From assembly GCA_021779915.1 (NCBI GenBank), contig JAJXZR010000001.1, positions 1-56,349 on the forward strand: DNA of 56,349 bases, written 5' to 3'. This stretch comes from a bacterium. GTDB taxonomy: Bacteria; Patescibacteriota; Minisyncoccia; CAIUEV01. Below the pieces are notes generated by a model, which was not told the origin of the DNA, ran no database searches, and saw nothing but the letters and a program-made list of their open reading frames with translations. This document shows positions 26,020 through 35,405 of the stretch, one piece after another. How positions within the stretch are numbered: the stretch's first letter is position 1; the number at the start of each line of letters is the position of its first letter. Position numbers and translations under genes: made by a program.

Positions 26020-27405
26020 ATGACAAAAAAAAGTCTCTACTCTTTTTGTGTTCAAATTTACGGCTGTCAGATGAATTATGCTGATGCCGAAAGAATTGTC
26101 TTTTTGCTTGAGAAGAAAGGGGGGATCTTGATTAAAGATCCAGAAAAAGCCGACTTTATTGTAATTGTAAGTTGCGGAGTAAGAAGGGGCGCGGAACAAA
26201 GAGCGATTAGTTGGATGAAAAAACTGCGCATAAAAAACCAGAACGCTTTTATTGTCTTAACCGGCTGTTTAAGCCTTAGAAAAGACATCCAGCGGGTACT
26301 TGCCGATGTTGCTGATTTGTCTTTGCCCGTCTTTAATTTTAAGGAAGCCTTGGAAAAGTTTCTTATTTTTAAGAAAAAAGAAAAAAACGAGGACAAAAAA
26401 GAGCTCCAAATGGAATTAATTAATTCTCCTTTTGACGCAACTTGTTTTTATGCCACGAAAACAAAAAGGTTTTCCCGCTATCGTGCTCACATCCCTATTA
26501 TGAGCGGTTGCAACAATTTTTGTTCCTATTGTGTTGTTCCTTACGCACGCGGTAAAGAGGTATCTCGCTCCCCCGAAGAGATTATTAGAGAAGTAAAACA
26601 ACTCATAAACCAAGGGTACAAGGAAATCTATCTTTTGGGGCAAAACGTCAACAGTTATAAGGGGCGGGATAAACAAGGTGCAATCTGGAATTTTGCCTGC
26701 CTTTTGGAGAAAATAGATGCAATCAAAGGAAATTTTTGGGTTAAATACTTATCCTCGCACCCCAAAGATGTGGATGTTCTTTTTCTTAAAACTCTTGCCC
26801 TAAGAAAGAAAATCTCTTATAACCTGCACTTACCTATTCAATCAGGAAGTACAAGGATTTTAGGGCTAATGAACCGCAAATACAGTAAGGAACATTACCT
26901 TAATCTTGTCCAAAAAATTAGAAAATATGCCCCTAAAACGGTTTTGTCCAGTGATATTATTGTTGGCTTCCCTTCGGAAACAAAAGAGGATTTTAAAGAT
27001 TCTCTCGAGGTGCTTAAGAAATGTCAGTTTGAGATGTTATATTCTCTTAAATACTCACCAAGACCAGGTACCGAGGCTTTTAAAATGAAAGATGATGTTT
27101 CGATTGAAACAAAAAAAATAAGGCAGAAAAAATTGGATGGAGAATGGAAAAAAATAGCCGATAAGCTTAATCAAAGATTTGTTGGAAAAGAGCTAGTAAT
27201 GCTTGTGGATAAAATAAAAGAAAAGGGTAAAAAAGAAGAAAAAGAACTTTATTATTATTGGGGCAGATCTTTTGAGGATAAAAATGTTTATTTTATTTTA
27301 AAAGAAAGAATTGATTTAGTAGGAAAATGGGCAAAAGTTGTCATCCTGAAAGCCTCCCCTCTTTGCCTCGAAGGAAAATTTTTAATGGTTGAAAAAGAAG
27401 GGTAA
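26020..27405 (+). CDS. miaB: tRNA methylthiotransferase (MiaB family radical SAM)
   Basis: YGCQMN, SCGVR, TGC, GCNNFCSYC, LLGQNVNSY, HLPIQSGS, DIIVGFP.ET, YSPRPGT, TRAM-like tail. Confidence 0.9.
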   Translation: MTKKSLYSFCVQIYGCQMNYADAERIVFLLEKKGGILIKDPEKADFIVIVSCGVRRGAEQRAISWMKKLRIKNQNAFIVLTGCLSLRKDIQRVLADVADLSLPVFNFKEALEKFLIFKKKEKNEDKKELQMELINSPFDATCFYATKTKRFSRYRAHIPIMSGCNNFCSYCVVPYARGKEVSRSPEEIIREVKQLINQGYKEIYLLGQNVNSYKGRDKQGAIWNFACLLEKIDAIKGNFWVKYLSSHPKDVDVLFLKTLALRKKISYNLHLPIQSGSTRILGLMNRKYSKEHYLNLVQKIRKYAPKTVLSSDIIVGFPSETKEDFKDSLEVLKKCQFEMLYSLKYSPRPGTEAFKMKDDVSIETKKIRQKKLDGEWKKIADKLNQRFVGKELVMLVDKIKEKGKKEEKELYYYWGRSFEDKNVYFILKERIDLVGKWAKVVILKASPLCLEGKFLMVEKEG

Positions 27406-27407
27406 AA

Positions 27408-27448
27408 TTAGTTTATCAAGTTTATCAAGTCCATAAAGTTTGTAAAGT
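27408..27448. repeat. Family A half element
   Basis: ttagtttatcaagtttatcaagtccataaagtttgtaaagt. Confidence 0.75.
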
Positions 27449-27482
27449 ATATAAAATATTTTTAAATAAATTAAAACAAAAA

Positions 27483-28391
27483 ATGAAATCAATTGAACTT
27501 AACAAATTGACTTGGGTGATGGCTGAACAACCGAAAGCGGAGGACATTTCTTTTTTACAGGATAAATTCGATCTTCACCCTCTTATCATTGGAAAACTGA
27601 CTTTACCGGTTTATCGACCTCAATTCAGCGATCACAAGAAATATTTTTTCGCGGTAATCCATTATCCCGTTTTTGGCGAGGATGGGAGCTTTAAAGAAAT
27701 CGGCGAGGTAGACATTCTGGTAAACGAAAAATTTGTGGTTACCGCCACTTCTCATCCCGATTCCCCAGTGGCATTGTTTTTTGATAAATGCCATTCTAAC
27801 CTGGAAAGTTGCAAAAAATATTTTAATAACGGTTCCCACTACCTTCTTCTTATCATAATAAACAATTTTCTTAGTAATTATTTCCCCTTCCTAGATGATT
27901 TAGCTAAAGAAATCGACAAAATCGAGGAGCATCTTTTTAAAGAGGAGGAAGGTAAAACACTGAAAAGCATTTCGCTTTTACAAAGAGACATCATCGAGTT
28001 TCGCAGGATTATAAAGCCTCAAATTTCCATCTTACGCTCCATTTTTGCTGTGAAAGAAATTGCTAATGACGATTATCTTAAAACTTATGCTCACGATATT
28101 ATTGCCACTAACATTCAAATTTGGAACACCCTGGAAAATTACTGGGAAACAATCAATGCTTTGCATCGCACAAATAATACCTTGCTCTCTTATAAATTAA
28201 ATCGTGCCATCAACGTTCTTACGGCATTTTCGATTATTTTTATCCCTGCCAACCTTGTTGCCTTTATTTTTGGGATGAATGTAGACATGCCCCCTGTTTT
28301 TAGAGACACAAAAATAGTTTTTCTAGTCATGATAGGAGCAATGAGTGTTACTTCGCTACTCCTGCTTTATTTAGTGAAAAGGAAAAACTAA
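27483..28391 (+). CDS. corA: CorA family Mg2+ transporter
   Basis: FDLHPL, RPQ, two C-terminal TMs with FGMN signature. Confidence 0.92.
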   Translation: MKSIELNKLTWVMAEQPKAEDISFLQDKFDLHPLIIGKLTLPVYRPQFSDHKKYFFAVIHYPVFGEDGSFKEIGEVDILVNEKFVVTATSHPDSPVALFFDKCHSNLESCKKYFNNGSHYLLLIIINNFLSNYFPFLDDLAKEIDKIEEHLFKEEEGKTLKSISLLQRDIIEFRRIIKPQISILRSIFAVKEIANDDYLKTYAHDIIATNIQIWNTLENYWETINALHRTNNTLLSYKLNRAINVLTAFSIIFIPANLVAFIFGMNVDMPPVFRDTKIVFLVMIGAMSVTSLLLLYLVKRKN

Positions 28392-28394
28392 AAA

Positions 28395-28465
28395 TTAGTT
28401 TAGAAAGATTTTTTTGTTCGTATTGCTTTATGAGACTTTTGAAACTTTCATAACTTTCTAAACTA
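28395..28465. repeat. Family A element, degenerate
   Basis: ttagtttagaaag ... acttttgaaactttcataactttctaaacta. Confidence 0.7.
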
Positions 28466-28537
28466 TCCTGGGTTTGCCTATCTCGTTATTCCATGTTAAA
28501 AAACAGCTGATTTATTATTTATTTAAGATGTATTCAG

Positions 28538-28810
28538 ATGAAAAAGAAAATTCACCCAAATTATGGACCAGCGACTATTATTTGTGCTTGCGGTAATCGA
28601 GTAGAAACTGAATCTACCGTTTCTGAGCTTAAAGTAGAAATATGCAGTGCATGCCATCCTTTTTATACTGGACAGAAAAAAATTGTGGACTCCGCTGGAC
28701 GAGTTGATCGCTTCAAAAAAAGATTAGAAAAAAGCCAATCAATTATCGAGGAAGAAAAGTCCAAGAAGGAAACAAAGACTAAGAAGGCGACCAAGAAAAA
28801 GAAAAAATAA
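28538..28810 (+). CDS. rpmE: 50S ribosomal protein L31 (Zn-binding type)
   Basis: [31 protein letters not shown]. Confidence 0.97.
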   Translation: MKKKIHPNYGPATIICACGNRVETESTVSELKVEICSACHPFYTGQKKIVDSAGRVDRFKKRLEKSQSIIEEEKSKKETKTKKATKKKKK

Positions 28811-28841
28811 TATTTTAGCATTACGCAATTTCATATTATAA

Positions 28842-29972
28842 ATGCAAATAAATAACAATATAAAAGAACAACCTGCCAATATTTCTCCAGATAATTTTGA
28901 TCGTGGTCTTATAAGATTACTCAGATGGGTGCTGATTTTTATAACTCTTTTTGTAGCCACTTTTTTTGTGACTGGATGGGGTATTTATCGCCTAAATTGG
29001 CAAAATTCTTTTTCCAATTCGGTAGCTAGGGTCATCCCTTATCCAGCTGCTATCGTTAATTATACTAATTGGATATCTTTTAATGATTATAACCAAAATA
29101 TCCAGTCTATCAGGAAATACTTGGAAAGTAAGGAGGCTGCCTACAAGGGGAGCGGGTTTGATTTTTCTACGGATGAAGGTTTGAAGCGCCTAGCAATTAT
29201 CAAGAAAAACGTTCTTAATCAGTTGATTGAAAATAGAATAATAAGAATTTTAGCTGAAAAAAGGGGAATAAAAGTTTCCGACGCAGAACTTTCTGATACT
29301 ACAAATAAAATTTTAGCTCGCGATAATCAAGAAAAGGAAAATTTAACTCAATTGTCCCTTCTTTACGGCTGGGGTTCAGATGATTTTCAAAAAAGAGTAG
29401 TAAAAGACCTGCTTTATCGGGATAAATTGGAAGAATATGTCAAAAACCAAGGAGAGCTTGATAAAAATGCTAAAGTTAAATTGCAAACCGTGCTGGATAA
29501 AATTAAGAATGGAGAAGATTTTGCGGAGGTTGCCAAAGAATTTAGTGAGTCTCCTAGCAAAGAATACGGTGGATTGTTGCCGGCTTTTACTAAAGAAGAA
29601 GCTCCAGAAAACTTTGCTAACGTTGCATTCAGTATTCCGGTTGGAAAAATTAGTGATCCAATCGAAGGAACTGATGGATGGCACATTGTAAAAATCGAAA
29701 AAAAATTTGAAGAAGGGGGAAAGACTAAGGTAGAACTGAGAAATATCTTTATCAATCGAGACACTCTCGATGACTGGCTAAAAAATCAAAAAAAACAGTT
29801 TAGAGTGTATGTCCCTCTAAGCGATTATTTCTGGCATCCCGAAATGGGGCGACTCTATTTCAAGGATGAATCTTTGAACCAGTTGGAGGAAAAAATTAAT
29901 CGTGCCACCATAGATGAAAAATTGCAGGAGGCTGATTTTTTACTAAACGTTTCCAAACCCCTTTCAAAATAG
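28842..29972 (+). CDS. SurA/PrsA-like parvulin peptidyl-prolyl isomerase
   Basis: N-terminal TM, PAAIVN, SurA-N-like helices, GEDFAEVAKEFSE...GGLL, ISDPI...GWHIVK. Confidence 0.88.
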   Translation: MQINNNIKEQPANISPDNFDRGLIRLLRWVLIFITLFVATFFVTGWGIYRLNWQNSFSNSVARVIPYPAAIVNYTNWISFNDYNQNIQSIRKYLESKEAAYKGSGFDFSTDEGLKRLAIIKKNVLNQLIENRIIRILAEKRGIKVSDAELSDTTNKILARDNQEKENLTQLSLLYGWGSDDFQKRVVKDLLYRDKLEEYVKNQGELDKNAKVKLQTVLDKIKNGEDFAEVAKEFSESPSKEYGGLLPAFTKEEAPENFANVAFSIPVGKISDPIEGTDGWHIVKIEKKFEEGGKTKVELRNIFINRDTLDDWLKNQKKQFRVYVPLSDYFWHPEMGRLYFKDESLNQLEEKINRATIDEKLQEADFLLNVSKPLSK

Positions 29973-29999
29973 AATTTTATCAAAATTTCAACAAAAAAT

Positions 30000-30599
30000 A
30001 TGCTAAATCAAAAAGAAAAAAAAGAGATTAAACCGGACGTTGGGTCAATGATGGGGAATTTTATGAATCCTCGGGTAGTAGCGTTAACTTTAGGAATCCA
30101 GATGAATGACAATATCGCTGATTTAGGTTGCGGAGGAGGTTATTTTACGATCCCCTTGGCACATTTAGTGGGAAAAGGAGGAAAAGTCTATGCTGTAGAT
30201 GTTATGGAGGGCCCACTTGAAGCAGTTAAAAGTCGCGTACACATGGAAAAATTAGAAAATGTTTCGATTATTAGGAATAATTTGGAAAAGAAAAATGCTC
30301 TTCAAAAAGAAATTCCTTCTGAACATTGTCAATGGGTAATTTTGGCCAGCATACTTTACAGTTCGACCAAAAGCAATGCTATTTTAGCAGAAAGTAAGCG
30401 AATTCTAGCTAAAAACGGCAAGTTGGTAATTATTGATTGGGAAAAAAAGCCCAAGAAACAATTTTCCTTTTTTGGACCACCCCTAGAATCAAGAATCAGC
30501 GAAGGCGAGATTAAAAATTTAGCGAAGAAAGAGGGATTTAGGTTGGAGAAAAAGTTTAATGTCGGAAAATTTCATTATGGCTTTATTTTTTCCAAATAA
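30000..30599 (+). CDS. Class I SAM-dependent methyltransferase
   Basis: IADLGCGGGYF, VYAVD, RIL..NGKLVIIDW, GPP, HYG. Confidence 0.9.
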   Translation: MLNQKEKKEIKPDVGSMMGNFMNPRVVALTLGIQMNDNIADLGCGGGYFTIPLAHLVGKGGKVYAVDVMEGPLEAVKSRVHMEKLENVSIIRNNLEKKNALQKEIPSEHCQWVILASILYSSTKSNAILAESKRILAKNGKLVIIDWEKKPKKQFSFFGPPLESRISEGEIKNLAKKEGFRLEKKFNVGKFHYGFIFSK

Positions 30600-30675
30600 T
30601 TGAAAAGAGAGAAATCGAAAGGTAAAATGGAAAAACTCCATGCCGGTATAAATTGTATAAAATTAATCGTTTTTC

Positions 30676-33003
30676 GTGGCTTCAAAAAAAAACAGTAAAA
30701 AATCGCAAAATCTCGAGGAAGAGGCGGATAATTCGCAAATTTCCACTTTTGCCAGAAGATGGCTTTATGCCGTAATAGTTTGGGGAATTGCCATAATTTT
30801 TATCCTCAGTATTCTAGGACAGGCCGGTGCAATGGGCAAGTACATTGAACTTATACTCGATGGTCTTTTGGGGTGGGGAAGATATGTTATTCCCATAATT
30901 ATGCTTGCAAGCGGGCTTTGGATTGTTCGAGAGGAAAAAATCACTCATCCCTATTATCGAGTGACCGGTATTTTTGTGATGTTTATTTCTGCACTTTCTA
31001 TAAGTGCTCTTTTCTCGGGTGGAAATGGAGTAAAAATTAAGATACTGGAGGCTCGAACTATGGGAGGCTATGCTGGTCTTTCTCTAGCCTATTTGTCCAG
31101 AATTCTCGGTTTTTGGGGAGGCTTTGCTCTTTTGTTTACGTTTTTTGTAGTTGGAATTATTTTGCTTCTGGATAGTTTTATTGCAGATAAAAAAAATAAA
31201 GAGGAAATTTTAGTTAATCAAAAAACAGAAATAGAAAAAGAAGAAGCGCACCAAGAAAGTTTCAGCGATTCCGTCCAAACAGAGGAGAATAAAGAAGAAT
31301 TAGAAAAGAAAAATATCTTCACCCGGGTTCTGGATTGGAGAAAAAAAGATAAACAAAAAGAAGCTATTCTCAAAGAATTCGAGCAAAAGGAGAAGGGAAA
31401 TGTTTGGGAAAAAATACGAAAGCAACCACCGGAAGAAACAAAAAAGGAGACTCAAAATATCCCAATAGAAAAATCTGTGCTTAAACCGGAAATTACCCAG
31501 CTAAATTGGAAATATCCCCCCTTTAATATTTTAGAAAAAACTAAATCGAAAGCAATTGCTGAGGATATCAAGAAAAACACCATGGCTATTAAAAATACTC
31601 TTATTAATTTTGGTATCCCTACTGAAATAGCCGATGTAAACGTTGGTCCAACTGTTACGCAGTATGCAGCGCGTCCGGCGGAGGGAATCAAGTTAAGTCG
31701 GATCACCGCTCTTCAAAACGACTTGGCAATGTCCTTAGCTGCTCATCCAATCAGAATTGAAGCCCCGATTCCTGGAAGATCACTGGTAGGGATAGAGGTG
31801 CCTAACAAGGTAAAGAGAGTGGTTTCGTTGCGAGAAATACTGGAATCGCCCACTTTCAATGAATCTAAAGACCGCTTGTTAATTGCCTTAGGAGAAGACG
31901 TGGCAGGTAATTATGTTTATTCTGATCTTGCGGAAATGCCTCACTTGTTGATTGCTGGTTCTACCGGCTCGGGAAAAAGTATCGGCATCAACTGCTTAAT
32001 CGCTAGTTTGCTTTATCGCAATTCTCCAAAGGATATGCGAGTTATCCTCGTTGATCCTAAAAGAGTAGAGCTTTCGGTTTATAATGATATACCCCATCTT
32101 TTAACTCCTGTTATCATGGATCCGCCAAAAGTGGCGAACGCTTTGAAATGGGCAGTTTCGGAAATGGAAAGAAGATATATTTTAATTCAGGAAACAATGT
32201 CAAGAAATATTGTTTCCTATAACAGTAAAATTACAGAAGGCGAGATTGAACCAGAAGTTGACCAAGAGACCGGAGAAATTATCGAACCGGAATTTTTGCC
32301 TTATGTTGTTATTATTATTGACGAATTGGCTGATTTAATGTCTTCTCCTTTTGCTAAAGAAATTGAATCTTTGATTGTTAGATTGGCACAAATGTCTCGA
32401 GCAGTGGGAATCCACCTAGTGCTTTCTACTCAAAGACCGTCGGTTAACGTTATTACCGGCATTATAAAAGCCAATTTTCCCACTCGAATGGCGTTTCAGG
32501 TAGTTTCTCAAATCGATTCCAGAACTATTTTAGATATGTCTGGAGCAGAGAAACTTTTAGGAAAAGGAGATATGCTTTATCTTGCCCGGGAGTCCAATCA
32601 ACCTAGGCGTATTCAAGGCGCATACGTTTCGGAAAAAGAAATTCGCAAAATGGTTGAATACCTGATTAACCAAGAAGCAGTGCAATATGATCCAACCGTA
32701 ACAAAAGCCGTTTCTTCTAGCAATGGAATTAGTGGCGAGAACGAGGAAGACGAAGACGAATTTTATGAAGAGGCGGTGAAAATTGTTACTCGAGAAAAAA
32801 GAGCTTCCACTTCCCTTTTGCAACGGCATTTGAGAATCGGCTATGCTCGTGCCGCAAGGCTGATGGACTTTTTGGAGCGGGAGGGCATTGTCGGCCCGGC
32901 AGAAGGCTCAAAACCTAGACAAGTATTAACTGCAACGCCAAAAGAAGCAACAGATTATGAAGATCCTCTCAGTGATCAGGTTAAGAGAGATCAATGGAAT
33001 TAG
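30676..33003 (+). CDS. ftsK: DNA translocase FtsK/SpoIIIE
   Basis: 4-TM N-terminus, RIEAPIPG, PHLLIAGSTGSGKS, IIDELADLM, TQRPS, GAEKLLGKGDML, gamma domain LQRHLRIGYARAARLMD. Confidence 0.97.
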   Translation: MASKKNSKKSQNLEEEADNSQISTFARRWLYAVIVWGIAIIFILSILGQAGAMGKYIELILDGLLGWGRYVIPIIMLASGLWIVREEKITHPYYRVTGIFVMFISALSISALFSGGNGVKIKILEARTMGGYAGLSLAYLSRILGFWGGFALLFTFFVVGIILLLDSFIADKKNKEEILVNQKTEIEKEEAHQESFSDSVQTEENKEELEKKNIFTRVLDWRKKDKQKEAILKEFEQKEKGNVWEKIRKQPPEETKKETQNIPIEKSVLKPEITQLNWKYPPFNILEKTKSKAIAEDIKKNTMAIKNTLINFGIPTEIADVNVGPTVTQYAARPAEGIKLSRITALQNDLAMSLAAHPIRIEAPIPGRSLVGIEVPNKVKRVVSLREILESPTFNESKDRLLIALGEDVAGNYVYSDLAEMPHLLIAGSTGSGKSIGINCLIASLLYRNSPKDMRVILVDPKRVELSVYNDIPHLLTPVIMDPPKVANALKWAVSEMERRYILIQETMSRNIVSYNSKITEGEIEPEVDQETGEIIEPEFLPYVVIIIDELADLMSSPFAKEIESLIVRLAQMSRAVGIHLVLSTQRPSVNVITGIIKANFPTRMAFQVVSQIDSRTILDMSGAEKLLGKGDMLYLARESNQPRRIQGAYVSEKEIRKMVEYLINQEAVQYDPTVTKAVSSSNGISGENEEDEDEFYEEAVKIVTREKRASTSLLQRHLRIGYARAARLMDFLEREGIVGPAEGSKPRQVLTATPKEATDYEDPLSDQVKRDQWN

Positions 33004-33005
33004 AT

Positions 33006-33119
33006 AAATGAAAAATGTAAAAATCAAAATACAAAATTATTGAGTCGCCTTGATCGACAATCAATCAATCGTCGCTGTAGGCGACACCATAATTTTACAT
33101 TTTGATTTTTACATTTTTA
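33006..33119. repeat. Family C element
   Basis: aaaaatgtaaaaatcaaaatacaaaattattgagtcgccttgatcgac...gtcgctgtaggcgacaccataattttacattttgatttttacatttt; lies between convergent ftsK and yraN. Confidence 0.83.
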
Positions 33120-33120
33120 T

Positions 33121-33549
33121 TTATATCGTCACATATTTATAGTGTTTTAATTTTACCTTTTTAATCGACCTAATTATTATCACACTGATTAGATCGATTC
33201 TCCATTCGGGGAAAGTGTAGGGGGCTAAGTCCCGGAAATAGGGTTCCCAAAGCTCGGGTTCTTTTTCAAGAAATAGCCAGGCAGTTTTTTCTATTTTTTT
33301 GAGCTTGCGAGAATTTACAGAGTCTTCTGGAATTATGGAAAGCGGATTGTAGATATTTTCCATTTCATACAGCCACTTACTTCTCACTTCAACAAAAACA
33401 ATTTCTTGTCTTCTTGAGTCATAAACAATAATATCCACTTCCCCTTTTTTGTGGGAATAATTTCGGGCGATTATTTGATAATTTCTCTGTTTTAAAAAAG
33501 AAACAGCGATATTTTCAGCATAATTGCCCTGGGATTTAGTATTTTTCAT
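33121..33549 (-). CDS. yraN: YraN (UPF0102) family nuclease
   Basis: G..AE..A..FL...Y.II.RNY..KKGEVDII, VFVEVR, RIDLI; adjacent to comM. Confidence 0.9.
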   Translation of the reverse strand: MKNTKSQGNYAENIAVSFLKQRNYQIIARNYSHKKGEVDIIVYDSRRQEIVFVEVRSKWLYEMENIYNPLSIIPEDSVNSRKLKKIEKTAWLFLEKEPELWEPYFRDLAPYTFPEWRIDLISVIIIRSIKKVKLKHYKYVTI

Positions 33550-33563
33550 ATATAAAAAAGAAA

Positions 33564-35105
33564 TTAAATTAAATCCATGCTTTGTAAACGGTACTGCAAG
33601 GCTTCCGCAATATGTCTGGCGAATATTTTTTCCGATCCTTCTAAATCTGCAATTGTGCGACTAATTTTAATAGTGCGAAAATAACTACGAGCACTTAAAT
33701 GAAATTTTCTGATAGCTTGGTTCAATAAATCTTGTTCTTTAGGAGAGAAAACACAATATTTTTTTATATGATTATTGCGCATTTCAGCATTGGAATAAAT
33801 CTTTTGTCCTCTATAGCGCTCCTGTTGCATAGTTCTAGCTTTTTGCACCCTTTCCCTGATTTTATCAGAACTTTCTTCCGGGAGGGTGGAAGTTAATTTT
33901 TCATATTTGACTCTGGGAACATTTAAGAAAATATCCATTCGATCGCTAATTGGACCGGAAAGTTTTTTTTGATATCGAACAACAGAACTATGGTTGCAGG
34001 TACATTCTTTCTCAGGATCGTTAAGATATCCACAAGGGCAAGGGTTCATAGCTGCTATCAAAATAAACCGAGCAGGAAAAGTAACTGATCCGGCAGCTCG
34101 AGAGATAGTGATTATCCCGTCTTCCAGTGGTTGTCTCAGGCAATCGAGTGTTTTGGCTGGAAATTCCAAAAATTCATCCAGGAAAAGAACTCCTCTATGA
34201 GCTAAACTAATTTCTCCGGGTTTTGGATTAGTTCCTCCACCAATCAAAGCGACACTTGAGGAAGTGTGGTGAGGGGAACGAAAAGGTCTTTCTTTAATTA
34301 GAGGAAAGTCGCGACTCAACTTGCCTGAAACAGAAAATATTTTAGTTGCTTCCAGACATTCTTCCGTATCCATCTCCGGCAAAATTCCTGGAAATGCTCT
34401 TGCAATAAGAGTTTTTCCTGATCCCGGGGGACCGATAAGGCAAACATTATGTCCTCCGGCTGCCACGATTTCCATTGCTCTTTTCACATGCTCTTGCCCT
34501 TTTATATCCTGCATATCATAAAGATATTCCGGTTTTTTTTGGAAATTTTCTTTTCTTTCATAAGGAAACAAATTTATTTCTCCATTAAAAAAAGAAATCA
34601 GTTCAGCTAAACTGTTTAACGGATATGCCTCGATTCCATTCACAATGGAAGTTTCCCTGGCATTTTCAGCAGGAAGAAAAATTCTTCTAAACCCACTGTT
34701 TTTGGCGGAAATAACAACAGGGAGAGCTCCTCTGACTCCTCGCAATTCACCATTTAGAGCTAATTCTCCGATGAACAGACTGTCTTTATAAATTTCCTCC
34801 TTGCTGGGAATTTGTCCGCTTGCCATCAAAATCCCTACTGCGATTGGTAGATCATACATTGCGCCTTCTTTTTTAAGATCGGCAGGAGCTAGATTAACAA
34901 CCAAGTTCCCTAGACGATAAGGAGGAACCGCCCCACTATTTTTCATAGCTGATCCCACCCGTTGCAGGGATTCTTTCACGGCAGTGTCTGGAAGCCCAAC
35001 CATCATGAAATGGTGGGTTCCTGGAAAACAGTCCACTTCTACTTCGACAACCACTGGTTCAAGCCCGACTATGGCACAGGATTTTATTTTGCTAGTACGG
35101 CGCAT
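33564..35105 (-). CDS. comM: YifB/ComM Mg-chelatase-like AAA+ ATPase
   Basis: VGLPD.AVKES, NLAPADL.KEG..YDLPIA, GPPGSGKT, PFRSPHH, GEISLAHRGVLFLDE, MNPCPCG, LSAR, EALQYR. Confidence 0.95.
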   Translation of the reverse strand: MRRTSKIKSCAIVGLEPVVVEVEVDCFPGTHHFMMVGLPDTAVKESLQRVGSAMKNSGAVPPYRLGNLVVNLAPADLKKEGAMYDLPIAVGILMASGQIPSKEEIYKDSLFIGELALNGELRGVRGALPVVISAKNSGFRRIFLPAENARETSIVNGIEAYPLNSLAELISFFNGEINLFPYERKENFQKKPEYLYDMQDIKGQEHVKRAMEIVAAGGHNVCLIGPPGSGKTLIARAFPGILPEMDTEECLEATKIFSVSGKLSRDFPLIKERPFRSPHHTSSSVALIGGGTNPKPGEISLAHRGVLFLDEFLEFPAKTLDCLRQPLEDGIITISRAAGSVTFPARFILIAAMNPCPCGYLNDPEKECTCNHSSVVRYQKKLSGPISDRMDIFLNVPRVKYEKLTSTLPEESSDKIRERVQKARTMQQERYRGQKIYSNAEMRNNHIKKYCVFSPKEQDLLNQAIRKFHLSARSYFRTIKISRTIADLEGSEKIFARHIAEALQYRLQSMDLI

Positions 35106-35142
35106 AAATGATTAAAAGGAATAAAAATTTATAAATATGTAG

Positions 35143-35265
35143 AAAGCCTTACCGCTTCTCCCTCTTGGAAAAAGAGAAGCGGTTGTAAGCCTTTTACGCC
35201 TTTAAAGAATATTCGGAAAAAGGAGCAAAATTTTTCGCGAACATCTTTATGCCGAAACTATATCA
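35143..35265 (-). promoter_or_regulatory. Putative extended -10 promoter and structured leader upstream of comM-yraN
   Basis: Minus-strand TGATATAGT at ~35257-35265, followed by two long hairpins (35203-35249 and 35151-35183). Confidence 0.4.
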
Positions 35266-35313
35266 AAGAGAAGATAAATTTTTTCTAAAAAAAAGATAAA
35301 ACGAAAATCAAGA

Positions 35314-35362
35314 TTAGTTCTTCAAGCTATAAAGTTTTTCAAGTTTATCAAGCAATAAAGCT
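35314..35362. repeat. Family A half element
   Basis: ttagttcttcaagctataaagtttttcaagtttatcaagcaataaagct. Confidence 0.7.
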
Positions 35363-35405
35363 GTTGTTCAGGTATTGACAAGCAATATTAAAAAACGAAA
35401 TGCTG

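Noticed and set aside
27204-27212. DnaA-box match TGTGGATAA
   Set aside because: Isolated and inside miaB; no cluster or dnaA context indicating oriC
33121-35105. yraN-comM pairing as a novel system
   Set aside because: A well-known conserved gene neighbourhood
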